NCBI GenBank assembly: GCA_963736875.1
Contig: CAVTQH010000002.1
Location: 199,927-263,926 of the forward strand
Source: Candidatus Amesbacteria bacterium
GTDB lineage: Bacteria; Patescibacteriota; Microgenomatia; CAZETR01; Amesbacteraceae
Direction: 5' to 3'
DNA length: 64,000 nt
Of the stretch, positions 30,638 to 40,549 are shown piece after piece (the stretch's first letter is position 1; the number at the start of each line of letters is the position of its first letter). Position numbers and translations under genes: made by a program. The notes under the pieces were generated by a model. The model had not been told where the DNA came from. It saw only the letters and a program-made list of their open reading frames with translations, and made no database searches.

Positions 30638-33154
30638 ATGTCTCTGACTGCCACCATCGCATCTCTTTCCGGTTTATCGGGTACCGAAGCCCAAAATCGT
30701 CTGAAAAAGGAAGGTTACAACGAACTCCCTTCCCAAAAAAGCCACTCCTGGCTGGATATTTTGTTAAGCGTTTTCAAAGAACCCATGATTTTTCTTTTGG
30801 TGTTTACGGGTCTGATATATCTGTTTTTGGGTGAAGTCCCGGATGCATTAATGCTTCTGGGCGGGATTTTTATCGTCATCGGCATCACTTTTTTTCAGGA
30901 GCGCAAAACCGAGCGGGCTCTGGACGCTTTAAAAAATTTAAGCAGTCCCCGGGCTTTGGTTTTAAGAGACGGTCAGGAAATGCGGATTCCCGGCCGGGAA
31001 GTGGTGCGCGAAGATCTGATAGCCCTTCAGGAAGGGGACCGCATTCCCGCCGACGGTACCGTTCTTTCCTCCACCAACTTAAGCATTGATGAATCTCTTC
31101 TGACCGGTGAATCCCTGCCGGTTCGAAAAATAGACTGGAATAATCAGGCGGATTCAGTCCGGCCCGGAGGGGAAAACCTCCCCTATGTTTTTTCCGGGAC
31201 TTTGGTTACTCAGGGAAGGGCAATAGTCCGGGTTACCGCCACCGGTATCAAAACTGAAATGGGAAAAATCGGCAAATCACTGGAAACAATTCATGAAGAA
31301 GACACCCTGATTAAAAAAGAAACAGGCCAAATTATTAAAAAGTTTGCTTTAGCCGGACTGATTTTATGTCTGACGGTAGTAATTCTTTTCGGTTTAATCC
31401 GGGGTGACTGGATTCAGGGCTTGTTATCAGGTCTGACTTTATCCATCTCCATGCTGCCGGAAGAATTCGCGGTTATTCTGGTGGTATTTCTTACTCTCGG
31501 AGCCTGGCGTATGTCCAAATACCAGGTGCTTACCCGAAACACTGCTACCATCGAGACTTTAGGGGCAGCCACGGCTCTTTGTGTGGACAAAACCGGCACC
31601 ATCACCTTAAATCAGATTACTCTCGACGGATTATTAACCGACGGTGACTATTTTCCCTTTCCGCAATCCGACGGTCATATCCCCGACAAATTTCACTCTT
31701 TGCTTGATTATGCCATCCTTGCCAGCCAGCAGGATCCTTTCGATCCCCTGGAAAAAGCCATCAGAAAGGCCGGAAAGCAAATTCTTACTGAGTCGGAGCA
31801 CGACCATCACAATTGGAGACTGGTCCAGGAATATCCCCTGTCCCAAAAATTAATGTCTTTGTCCCACGTCTGGCAATCACCGGACTCAAAGCACTTTGTC
31901 GTTGCCGCCAAAGGGGCTCCGGAAGCAATTGCCGGGCTTTGCCGCCTGACCGGGGACGAGAAAGCCCGTCTGGAATCGCAAATTGACCGGCTGGCAAACA
32001 GGGGTTTGCGTTTAATCGGGGTTGCCAAAGCCTCCTTTCCCGGGGAAAAACTGCCGTCAAAACAGCAGGACTTTAACTTTGAATTTTTAGGCCTGATGGC
32101 CTTTACCGATCCTGTCAGGCCGGGAGTGGCGGCAGCTGTCCGGGAATGTTATACGGCAGGCCTTAGGGTGATTATGATCACCGGGGATTATCCGGGAACG
32201 GCTCAATACGTGGCCGGTCAGATCGGACTTAAAAATCCCGACCAGGTGATTACCGGCGGTGAGTTATCCGAATTATCACAGGAGGCAATCAGGGAGAAAA
32301 TAAAGACAACCAATATTTTCGCCCGGGTGGTCCCCGAACAAAAGCTGATTATTATTGATGCCCTCAAAGCAAATGGTGAAATTGTGGCCATGACCGGGGA
32401 CGGGGTTAATGATGCTCCGGCTCTCAAGGCAGCTCATATCGGCATTGCCATGGGTAAAAGGGGTACGGATGTAGCCCGGGAATCCTCGGATCTGGTTTTA
32501 TTGGATGACGATTTTTCCTCCATTGTGACGGCCGTCCGTACAGGCCGCCGGATTTTCGATAATCTCAAAAAGGCTGTTGTTTATATTTTTGCAGTCCATG
32601 CTCCCATCGCCGGAATTTCTTTACTGCCGATAATTTTTAACTGGCCGATGGTCCTTTTACCTGCCCATATCGCCTTTCTGGAACTGATCATCGATCCGGC
32701 CTGCTCCCTGGTTTTTGAATCGGAAGTGCCGGAATCTGACATTATGAGCCGTCCCCCGCGTCCTTTAAATTCCTCACTGTTTACCAAAAAAAGCATTATC
32801 ACCGGCTTGGTTCAGGGATTGAGTATTTTGATTTTTGTTTCTGCTGTTTATATTTATGCCATCACAAGCGGCCGCGGAGATACTTTCTCCAGGACCATCA
32901 CCTTTGCCACTTTGGTTTTTTCCAACCTGCTTTTGATTCTTACCAATCTCTCCTGGTCCCGGAATATTTTTAAGACTCTCATCGGCCGTAACCGGGCATT
33001 GTACTGGGTTCTGGGAATGGCCGCCTCGGGCTTGCTGATTATTCTCCGTTCCCCGGCTGTCAGCTCTCTCTTTCACTTTTCTCCCCTGACTGGAGTGACT
33101 TACTTCTGGCATTTGCCGCCGGACTTATCGGCGTCATTTGGTTCGAAGTTCTGA
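30638..33154 (+). CDS. Cation-translocating P-type ATPase (P2, Ca2+-like); probable frameshift near C-terminus
   Basis: LTGES, PEEF, DKTGT, KGAPE, TGD and GDGVNDAP motifs. Confidence 0.9.
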   Translation: MSLTATIASLSGLSGTEAQNRLKKEGYNELPSQKSHSWLDILLSVFKEPMIFLLVFTGLIYLFLGEVPDALMLLGGIFIVIGITFFQERKTERALDALKNLSSPRALVLRDGQEMRIPGREVVREDLIALQEGDRIPADGTVLSSTNLSIDESLLTGESLPVRKIDWNNQADSVRPGGENLPYVFSGTLVTQGRAIVRVTATGIKTEMGKIGKSLETIHEEDTLIKKETGQIIKKFALAGLILCLTVVILFGLIRGDWIQGLLSGLTLSISMLPEEFAVILVVFLTLGAWRMSKYQVLTRNTATIETLGAATALCVDKTGTITLNQITLDGLLTDGDYFPFPQSDGHIPDKFHSLLDYAILASQQDPFDPLEKAIRKAGKQILTESEHDHHNWRLVQEYPLSQKLMSLSHVWQSPDSKHFVVAAKGAPEAIAGLCRLTGDEKARLESQIDRLANRGLRLIGVAKASFPGEKLPSKQQDFNFEFLGLMAFTDPVRPGVAAAVRECYTAGLRVIMITGDYPGTAQYVAGQIGLKNPDQVITGGELSELSQEAIREKIKTTNIFARVVPEQKLIIIDALKANGEIVAMTGDGVNDAPALKAAHIGIAMGKRGTDVARESSDLVLLDDDFSSIVTAVRTGRRIFDNLKKAVVYIFAVHAPIAGISLLPIIFNWPMVLLPAHIAFLELIIDPACSLVFESEVPESDIMSRPPRPLNSSLFTKKSIITGLVQGLSILIFVSAVYIYAITSGRGDTFSRTITFATLVFSNLLLILTNLSWSRNIFKTLIGRNRALYWVLGMAASGLLIILRSPAVSSLFHFSPLTGVTYFWHLPPDLSASFGSKF

Positions 33155-33181
33155 AAATGCTTCATTTGAAAATTGCCTAGT

Positions 33182-33721
33182 CTATTTCTTATACTTCAAA
33201 AGATTTTCCGTAATATCCACAAATTCAATCCCCTTGGGTACTTCAAATACGGTTTCATCCAATTGCCAGTGGGCACAATTTACTTCATTCTCACCGCTAA
33301 GTTTTGCATACGATCCAAGAATTGATTCGGCTGAAGTTGCAGATCCGGTTGCGGTCAGCTGATTCAATTCTATTTTCAGACCCCGGCCGAGTGACGTCCA
33401 GATATACGCCTGCTTACCGTCTGAAATTATATGGCTGACGGATGTATTTCCGTTGCTTCTTGTTTGAATATCCATCCTGAACCGGTTTTTGGAAATTAAT
33501 ATGTTTCCAAAACTGCCTTCATTTTGGGTCTCTTTAATGGTAGAGGTGCAGGTGACATCATCTCCGGATTTTAAAGCTTCTGACAATACCCCGCCCTTAA
33601 TTATCTCGTCCGGGGGTAACGTGTTTATTTTTGGCGGACTTGGTTTGGGCCAGGTGAGTATCAGAGCCAAAATTCCCGACAATATCACCCCGCCCACAAT
33701 TGACAATTTCTTTTTTTTCAT
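33182..33721 (-). CDS. Hypothetical membrane-anchored protein
   Basis: N-terminal TM, ISDGKQAYIW and C..W.LD...FEVP..IEF; possibly LolA-like fold. Confidence 0.65.
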   Translation of the reverse strand: MKKKKLSIVGGVILSGILALILTWPKPSPPKINTLPPDEIIKGGVLSEALKSGDDVTCTSTIKETQNEGSFGNILISKNRFRMDIQTRSNGNTSVSHIISDGKQAYIWTSLGRGLKIELNQLTATGSATSAESILGSYAKLSGENEVNCAHWQLDETVFEVPKGIEFVDITENLLKYKK

Positions 33722-33749
33722 TCCGCCTTTACTTTATCAGAAAATACCG

Positions 33750-34478
33750 TCAAAGGCTGAATCCTTTTTTGGCAGTCATTACTAATACATGTCCCCATCG
33801 GGATTTGCGCCGGTGGTATTTAACGCTGTTTAATCCTAAAAAACCGGTTATTTCCCGGCCGTACGGAAAAAACCACCAGCCCGCTACCGGATTGTGGCAA
33901 TAAGTCACAATCCGTGTCACACCGGCTCGTTTGGCCAGATCCGCGAGTCTTCCGGCTGACAGGTCATCCTCAAAACCGAATGCCCATTTGTTCCGCCGGA
34001 TAAGTATCTGTTTGGCCACCATAAACGGAATATCCCCGGAGTTGGGAGCCGCGATTACCAATATTCCTCCCGGCTTGACCAGCCGCCACATGATTTTGAT
34101 CATCTCAATTTTCCTGTCATCGGAAAAATGTTCAATCACCCCGCCGTTCCAGACCACGTCAAAAAATTTCCCGGGAAATTTCATGGAAAATGCATCCCGG
34201 CAATAAAATTTCGCTTTCAGTTTTTTTAATTTGAAGTATTTTTTTTGGAAAGCCAATGCTTTCTTCGAGATATCTACCAGATACAACTCCGCTCCCAAGC
34301 CGGCCAGATATGCCGAGGCCATTCCTGTACCGCTTCCCACTTCCAGAATTTTCTTTCCCTTTAAATTTTTTCCCATCACCTCTTCCAATTCTTCAAAATG
34401 GGCAATATAGTCAGGATTTGCATCAGCCTCGGAAGAATAACTTTCAGCAACTTTATCCCATAATTTTTCGGATTGCAT
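33750..34478 (-). CDS. Class I SAM-dependent methyltransferase
   Basis: ILEVGSGTG, VDIS and FDVVWNGGVIEH motifs. ATG at 34478. Confidence 0.88.
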   Translation of the reverse strand: MQSEKLWDKVAESYSSEADANPDYIAHFEELEEVMGKNLKGKKILEVGSGTGMASAYLAGLGAELYLVDISKKALAFQKKYFKLKKLKAKFYCRDAFSMKFPGKFFDVVWNGGVIEHFSDDRKIEMIKIMWRLVKPGGILVIAAPNSGDIPFMVAKQILIRRNKWAFGFEDDLSAGRLADLAKRAGVTRIVTYCHNPVAGWWFFPYGREITGFLGLNSVKYHRRKSRWGHVLVMTAKKGFSL

Positions 34479-34498
34479 ACACCGATTGTACCAGTAAC

Positions 34499-35279
34499 CT
34501 AAAGTTTGATAAAAAATATCCCGGTAATATAACTGGTCCCTTTCAGTAATCGGTTTCCGGTCAATATCCCTCCGTGGCTGTTTTCCCAAAGTTCCCAGTC
34601 AGTAGTTCCCAGTTTCTCCATGATCATCATTACCGTGGCCATCGCCGCCGGCGAATCCAGGTGGTTATCGTCGAACTTATACAAATTCAGGTAATCAAAA
34701 TTCCTGATGGTATTTATGGTCTGACTGTCATACTTTTCAGCCGGTTCAGGCAAATTATTATGGGAAAAATCCACACTCGCCACATATAAAGTGTTCTCCG
34801 GCATGATCTTGATGATAGCTTCAGCCATCCGCTTCAGAGTCTCCGGGGTATAACCGGGAGCGGTTAATATCGGCACAAATTCAGACCCGGTAAAAGCCTG
34901 TTTTAAATATTTTATGGGAACATTCACTCCGTGTTCATCACCAACCAGTTTGTCATCAATTACCAGTTGGCGGGAACTGCTGATTTAAGCTGCAATACCG
35001 ATTTCCGGGCGATCGGGTAGTCGGGACTGCTTTCGGCCGTGGTGAACGTCCCGCCCCGCATCCGGAAATGGTTAGGGGAAAAAACTACAATAAACCGGGG
35101 ATTCTGGTTAATTTTATTTTATTGACGGCTCTGATGATTAAATCTTTTGCCAATTCGTGATGGGGAAGCACCACACCGCTGATACTCTGCCGGTTGCCCG
35201 GGATAACTTTATCAACCCTCAGCTCCCTGATTCCCAGGAAAACTGTCACTATAACTAAAATTAAAATCTTTTTCCGCAT
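34499..35279 (-). CDS. AmmeMemoRadiSam protein B (MEMO1-like), TM-anchored, frameshifted
   Basis: TM, then VVLPHH, SPNHF, EHG and ASVDFSH motifs distributed over shifted frames. Confidence 0.7.
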
Positions 35280-35293
35280 GGATAATACCGGGT

Positions 35294-36832
35294 TTAAAAA
35301 ACCTGGGCTTGATAAATATAAATTTCGGTTTCGGGATCCTGATAGCAATTTTTGGAAAGCCCCGCTTTCTGACTGCAAAGCTCCCCTAAAAATTCTTCCA
35401 AGCTCCATCCGGTGTCGGTAGCGACCTGCGGCAGAAATGTTCCCGAGCGGTTTCCCGAAACGATTACCACCCCGTCTGTTCCTAACCTGATCTGCTTCCA
35501 GTCACCGATTTTTTGTCTGGGGGTCATCACGGAAATTTCCAAAGTAATTTGAGAAAGTTCGGAAGCCGTAACCGGAGTAAACCGGGGGTCATTAGAAGCC
35601 GCATCCGCGGTTTTTTGCTGAATTACTTTATAAAGGGGTTCGTTGGGTTCAAACTCGCCGATGCACCCCCTCAGATCCCCGTTTTTTCTCAAAGTCACAA
35701 AAGCTCCCAGGGGATCATTCAATTCCGGATTTCTGACCGTGATTTCCCCGGGTAATTTTTTATCAGTGACAAAATCAGAAAGCGTCAGACGGGCAATTTC
35801 CAGCGCTTCTTTTTTGGCTTCCGGGGAAATTTCAGAAACAGCAAACTTCACCGTTGCGCCGGTAAAACCTATGGCCGCGTATCCCACCACCCGGTTTTTA
35901 TCGGATGTTACATCCCCGCTGTTTTGGTATTTCAGAAGTTTCGGAGGATCAAGTTTTAAAAGCTGCGAAACTTCCAAGGCCACTCTCAAAGCCTGAAAAC
36001 CGCAGGCCGGCGTTTCCACCCCGGGTTGTCTGACTGCGGTATTTTCTGCCATTTTTTTTTCAAACTCCGCTCTGCCGGCGGTTAATATTGCCTCTATCGT
36101 TTTTCCGTCAACAAGTTTGGCGGTATTGTAATCCGGGTAGTGGGACAAATCCGTGCTCACAACCAGAAGCGTTTTCTCATCCGTGTTTTGGGCGATTCGA
36201 AAAGCCAGAGCCGAAATTAATTGATCCGACGGCGTGCTCACCAAAATCGGAACAATTTTAAAATTATTAAGCACTTTTTGCAGCCATATAATTTCAGTTT
36301 CCAGCGAATGTTCTTTTTCATGTACTGTGGTATCGGCAATAATTTTCTGATCAGGGCTGATTATTTTTTGGGCCAGGTCGGTATCAATTTCTGCATTACC
36401 CAAAGGGGTTTCCCACACGCCTCCGGCAAACACCGCTGCGTGGTCGAAGCGGTGTTGATGGCTGGATCCCAGAATAATCACCCTGCCGAAATCGCTTCCT
36501 GCAATTTGTGCATAAGCCTCTGCTGCCGCTCTCCCGGAATAATCCAGTCCGGCATGGGGGACAATCAGTATCCGGAAAGCGCTGTCAGCGGAAATCTTTC
36601 GGGCTTGGGCAAGAAGGTTTTCGAGTTTGTTATCCAGCTCTTTAGTGTCTTTCGGGTAAAAAGTTCCTGCTGCTGCCGGTTTCCGGACGGAATCGGCTCC
36701 GGAAGTGCCGGCACTTGCCTGATTGCCTCCCGGCGGATTCGGACTGCGCCAGGCCAAAATCCCGATTATCAAAACCATGCCCAGCGTTATCCCCAATGCG
36801 GTCAGGACGGGATTTCTGAAATTTATTTTCAT
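35294..36832 (-). CDS. Fused AmmeMemoRadiSam B (MEMO1) + A (AMMECR1) protein with N-terminal TM
   Basis: RKPAAAGTFYP, PHAG, EHSLE, STDLSHY, ACG and VVGYAA, followed by GAFVTL...LRGCIG and GTFLPQVA. Confidence 0.9.
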   Translation of the reverse strand: MKINFRNPVLTALGITLGMVLIIGILAWRSPNPPGGNQASAGTSGADSVRKPAAAGTFYPKDTKELDNKLENLLAQARKISADSAFRILIVPHAGLDYSGRAAAEAYAQIAGSDFGRVIILGSSHQHRFDHAAVFAGGVWETPLGNAEIDTDLAQKIISPDQKIIADTTVHEKEHSLETEIIWLQKVLNNFKIVPILVSTPSDQLISALAFRIAQNTDEKTLLVVSTDLSHYPDYNTAKLVDGKTIEAILTAGRAEFEKKMAENTAVRQPGVETPACGFQALRVALEVSQLLKLDPPKLLKYQNSGDVTSDKNRVVGYAAIGFTGATVKFAVSEISPEAKKEALEIARLTLSDFVTDKKLPGEITVRNPELNDPLGAFVTLRKNGDLRGCIGEFEPNEPLYKVIQQKTADAASNDPRFTPVTASELSQITLEISVMTPRQKIGDWKQIRLGTDGVVIVSGNRSGTFLPQVATDTGWSLEEFLGELCSQKAGLSKNCYQDPETEIYIYQAQVF

Positions 36833-36857
36833 TCTGACTGTATTATAATCATAGCCG

Positions 36858-37595
36858 GTGAAGAAAATTTTAATGGTATTTTTGATACTGATTCTTCTGG
36901 GCATTTTGGCTATAGTTCTGGTTCTGGGCTACTTTGGTTTTTTCCCGGGAGTTTCAGCTCTTTTCGGGTCGAACCGGCCGCGTGATTTAGGTGTGAAGTA
37001 TTCTCAGGCAGACTACGTGTCTTATCAGCAAAAATCCGGTTCGGAAACTATTCCCCTGACCGCAGTAGCTGAGGCTGGTAAATCCCTGAATTTTTCAGGC
37101 CAAAAAGATCTTACTGCCTCATTCAGCGAAACCGAAGTCAGCGCCCGGATCAGTCATTCTCTCTGGCGGTATATGCCCTTTACCGATTTTCAGATCCGGT
37201 TCCCCGGGCAGAATTTAATTGAGTTTTCAGGCATATTGGCGACTGACCGCTTATCAGGTTTTATCTCCGAAGTCGGGGGAGTGGAAATTTCCCAGGCGGA
37301 TATCGATAAGGGTTTGAACTATTTAAAAATATTTTCTAAAAATACTCCGGTGTATGCCAAAGCCGAAGTCCGGGTTCAGGATAATAAAGTGGATATTCAA
37401 ATGCAGAAGCTGGAAATCGGCCGCATCCCGGTACCCTTGGAAAGTTGGAACGCCAGCTCATCATTTACCGATGCCGCTCAGGAAATAATTGACAAAGTTC
37501 CGGGCTTGGACGCCAAGTCGGTCACATTCGGGGACGGTAAAATGTCCTTTACCGGTACTGTACCGACACAGATTTCCGCCCTGATGGCTAACTGA
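36858..37595 (+). CDS. Hypothetical membrane-anchored protein
   Basis: N-terminal TM and PRDLGVKY motif; TATAAT 8 nt upstream. Confidence 0.7.
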   Translation: MKKILMVFLILILLGILAIVLVLGYFGFFPGVSALFGSNRPRDLGVKYSQADYVSYQQKSGSETIPLTAVAEAGKSLNFSGQKDLTASFSETEVSARISHSLWRYMPFTDFQIRFPGQNLIEFSGILATDRLSGFISEVGGVEISQADIDKGLNYLKIFSKNTPVYAKAEVRVQDNKVDIQMQKLEIGRIPVPLESWNASSSFTDAAQEIIDKVPGLDAKSVTFGDGKMSFTGTVPTQISALMAN

Positions 37596-37635
37596 TTTTT
37601 AGAGTAAAATTCAATCTCCGAAGTAATAGTAATTT

Positions 37636-38611
37636 ATGAAAAAATTTCTCATTTTTATCGGTTTGATTTTTATTTCGGTTATAACCCTGTTAATCTTGGG
37701 TCGACATTATTTTGGCCCGCCGGGTAAATCCGTGGAACAGCAGATTTTTACCGTTCCCGAAAAACAGCCGGATTTTAACCCGGTGCAAAGTCTTTCGGAT
37801 CAGGGTTTTATCAAAAATAAATCCGCTTTTTCATTTTTAAAAGAAAAGTTCACCCCGGGAAAAGAGGTTAAACCCGGCGGCTACTATCTTAAGTCAGAAT
37901 ATGTTTGCCTGGCAGGTTCTGGAAAAAATTACCGGCAAACCGGATTTGTTATGGCTTACCGTCTCCGGTTGCCCCCGGAAAGAACAGATCGGGGAAAAGC
38001 TGGCGGATCTTCTGGGATGGACTTCAAAGGAAGTAAAAGACTGGAATTCGCTTTATTCTGATTTTAAATCCGAGTATTTTGAAGGAGTTTATTACCCCGA
38101 CACATATTTGATTCCGGTTACGGAGTCAGCGGGTCAGATTGCCCGGCGTTTTATCGACCGTTTCAACACAAAATTTGCTCCCCTGGCTGACAAGTTTGTA
38201 GAGGCCAATATCAAATGGACGACCGGAGTAAAAATTGCCTCTCTGATCGCCCGCGAAGCCGCGGGAGACAGCGACATGCGCCTTATAGCCGGCATTATCT
38301 GGAACCGGCTGGACCAGGGGATGCGCCTGCAGATTGACGCCACCATGCAGTACACTCTGGGAAAACGCTCCGACGGCAGCTGGTGGGGACCCGTTGATTT
38401 GAGCCAAAAACAAAGCGATTCTCCCTACAATACCTATTTATATGAGGGTCTTCCCCCGACCCCCATCTGCAGCCCGGATATCAGGTATCTGGAAGCGGTC
38501 ATAAATCCCGAAAGTACCGATTGCCTCTACTATCTGCACGATTCCGGGGGTCAGATCCATTGTGCCAAAACTTATGCCGGCCACAAATCCAATATCAGTA
38601 AATACTTATAG
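37636..38611 (+). CDS. mltG: Endolytic transglycosylase MltG, frameshift near 37890
   Basis: EGVYYPDTY, IASLIAREA, IWNRL..GMRLQIDAT, SPYNTY..GLPPTPI and YYLHD motifs. Confidence 0.88.
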
Positions 38612-40069
38612 ATAAACCAGTCTGCCTTCAGTCTCCCGGCCGATATTCTGGTTGTTTTTCAGATATTCTTCCAGTACTTCCCGGGCGGAAGTGGTTACCA
38701 CTTTTACCTCCCCGGATTCCAGAAGTTTTTCATTGGAAATTCCCAGGTAGGCTTTTGATTGATTAAAGTGGTATCCCTGCAATGCAATCGTATAAAATTG
38801 TTCATCCTCAACCTCCCGGTTTTTTACTGTCAAAGATGTCAGTTCTTTTTTTGCATCACTGTAGACGGCTTTGACACCGTCATTTACCTGGTAGCATTCT
38901 CCCTCTCCGTCCCGGTTTTCCGCTCTCATAATGTGGGCGAAAATTTGTTTTAGCCGGGTACCGCTGACTTTATATCTCGTAATACTGTCGTCATAGGGAA
39001 AACACGCCAGGAAATCTTTCAGAGTTACCATCGGTCCCATTTCCTTGACCCTCACCGAGCCGCTGCCCAAAAACATCACATCACACTGGGCGTTTTCAGC
39101 CAGGGCATCGGCCAGAAGATTTCCCAGTGAAGTTTCTTCCTCCCGTTTCGGGTGGGTTAATTTCCTGGCAAATTTACAGATAATCATCGAATATTTCCTG
39201 TCCACCTCGGCTTTGAAAGATTTGATATATTTCTCCAATTCCCTATCCGGCTTAGCCAGTTTTTCGTTTATTGGGATAAGTCTCCATTTATAATTCACTA
39301 TCGAATTTGTCTCATCATCGACGGTGATATCAAATCTGCCGATCTGGTCAGACCCGACTCCGGCCTGGGCGATCAGTACCCCGTTTACTTTTTCGGGTTT
39401 ATCAAGCACCGTATGTGAATGCCCGCCGATAATCATGTCCACTCCCCAGGCGGGGTTGAGCATTTTGGCCAGGGCGATATCCGATTCAAATCCGATGTGG
39501 GTCAGAAGGATAGTCAGATCAATATCGTCGTTTTTGTAAGCGTTGCAGATTTTACCCACTTCCTGGCCGGCTTCCTCTAAAGTCACAAAACTCCCTACCA
39601 GTTTGTCCATGTTAATCGAATCCATAACTTTTTCGGTGATAATCCCGGTGAACAATATTTCAAACCCGGCTTTATTGATAATCTTATAAGGGCTCATCAA
39701 CCGCCGGTCGTATTTTTTGATATACAAATTGGCGTTGACGATGGGGAAATTAGCCATTTTTTCCAGAAAAAGCAGATGGGGGAGTCCGTAATCAAATTCG
39801 TGATTGCCGAGTGCCACCACATCCGGAGCCAGATAATTCATTATTTCCATGGTGGATATTCCTTTGTATTCCGCGTCGATTAAAGATCCCTGCACCATGT
39901 CCCCGGAAATCACATACAGTACATTTTCCTCTTCACTGCGGACTTTATTGATATAGCCGGAAAGAAGTGCCAACCCTCCGATAAGTTTTCCCTTTTTCCC
40001 GGACACTTCAGCCAGGAAATCCCCGTGCATGTCGTTGGAATGTAAAATCGTGAATTTCTTCGTTTTCAT
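38606..40069 (-). CDS. Metallophosphoesterase / 5'-nucleotidase (no signal peptide)
   Basis: HSNDMHG, GD, GNHEFDYG, THIG and GGHSH motifs plus C-terminal domain. Confidence 0.9.
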   Translation of the reverse strand: MKTKKFTILHSNDMHGDFLAEVSGKKGKLIGGLALLSGYINKVRSEEENVLYVISGDMVQGSLIDAEYKGISTMEIMNYLAPDVVALGNHEFDYGLPHLLFLEKMANFPIVNANLYIKKYDRRLMSPYKIINKAGFEILFTGIITEKVMDSINMDKLVGSFVTLEEAGQEVGKICNAYKNDDIDLTILLTHIGFESDIALAKMLNPAWGVDMIIGGHSHTVLDKPEKVNGVLIAQAGVGSDQIGRFDITVDDETNSIVNYKWRLIPINEKLAKPDRELEKYIKSFKAEVDRKYSMIICKFARKLTHPKREEETSLGNLLADALAENAQCDVMFLGSGSVRVKEMGPMVTLKDFLACFPYDDSITRYKVSGTRLKQIFAHIMRAENRDGEGECYQVNDGVKAVYSDAKKELTSLTVKNREVEDEQFYTIALQGYHFNQSKAYLGISNEKLLESGEVKVVTTSAREVLEEYLKNNQNIGRETEGRLVYL

Positions 40070-40521
40070 TGGCCGGTCTCTTTTTTCAGATCTTTGATTA
40101 TTTCTCCGGCGTGAGAAAGGGGATTGACTTTGGCATATACTTTTTTGATTTCCCCTTCGGGATCGATCAGATATGAAGTGCGCAGTGTACCTTCAAATTC
40201 TTTTCCCAGGAATTTTTTCTTTCCCCAGGCTTTATATTTCTTAATCACCTCTTTCTCCGGGTCGGAAAGTATCGGAAAATTCAAACCGTATTTTTTTACG
40301 AATTTTAGGTGAGATTCAACCGAATCCTTGGACACTCCTAATATGACTGCACCCATTTTTTCCAGCACCCGGAAACTGTCACGGAAATTACATGCCTCTT
40401 TGGTACATCCCGGGGTATTATCTTTTGGATAAAAGTACAGCACCACCCATTTGCCCCGGTATTGGGATAACGTATGGATTTTTCCGTTTTGATCGGGGAG
40501 TGAGAAATCAGTAGCTTTCAT
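40066..40521 (-). CDS. bcp: Peroxiredoxin Bcp
   Basis: LYFYPKDNTPGCTKEAC motif. Confidence 0.95.
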   Translation of the reverse strand: MKATDFSLPDQNGKIHTLSQYRGKWVVLYFYPKDNTPGCTKEACNFRDSFRVLEKMGAVILGVSKDSVESHLKFVKKYGLNFPILSDPEKEVIKKYKAWGKKKFLGKEFEGTLRTSYLIDPEGEIKKVYAKVNPLSHAGEIIKDLKKETGQ

Positions 40522-40549
40522 AGTATTATTTTACCCCAATCAAAGTAGT

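Noticed and set aside
36221-36985. Long overlapping ORFs such as 36221-36985, 23312-23914 and 46787-47371
   Set aside because: Antisense shadows of well-supported genes, with no motifs.
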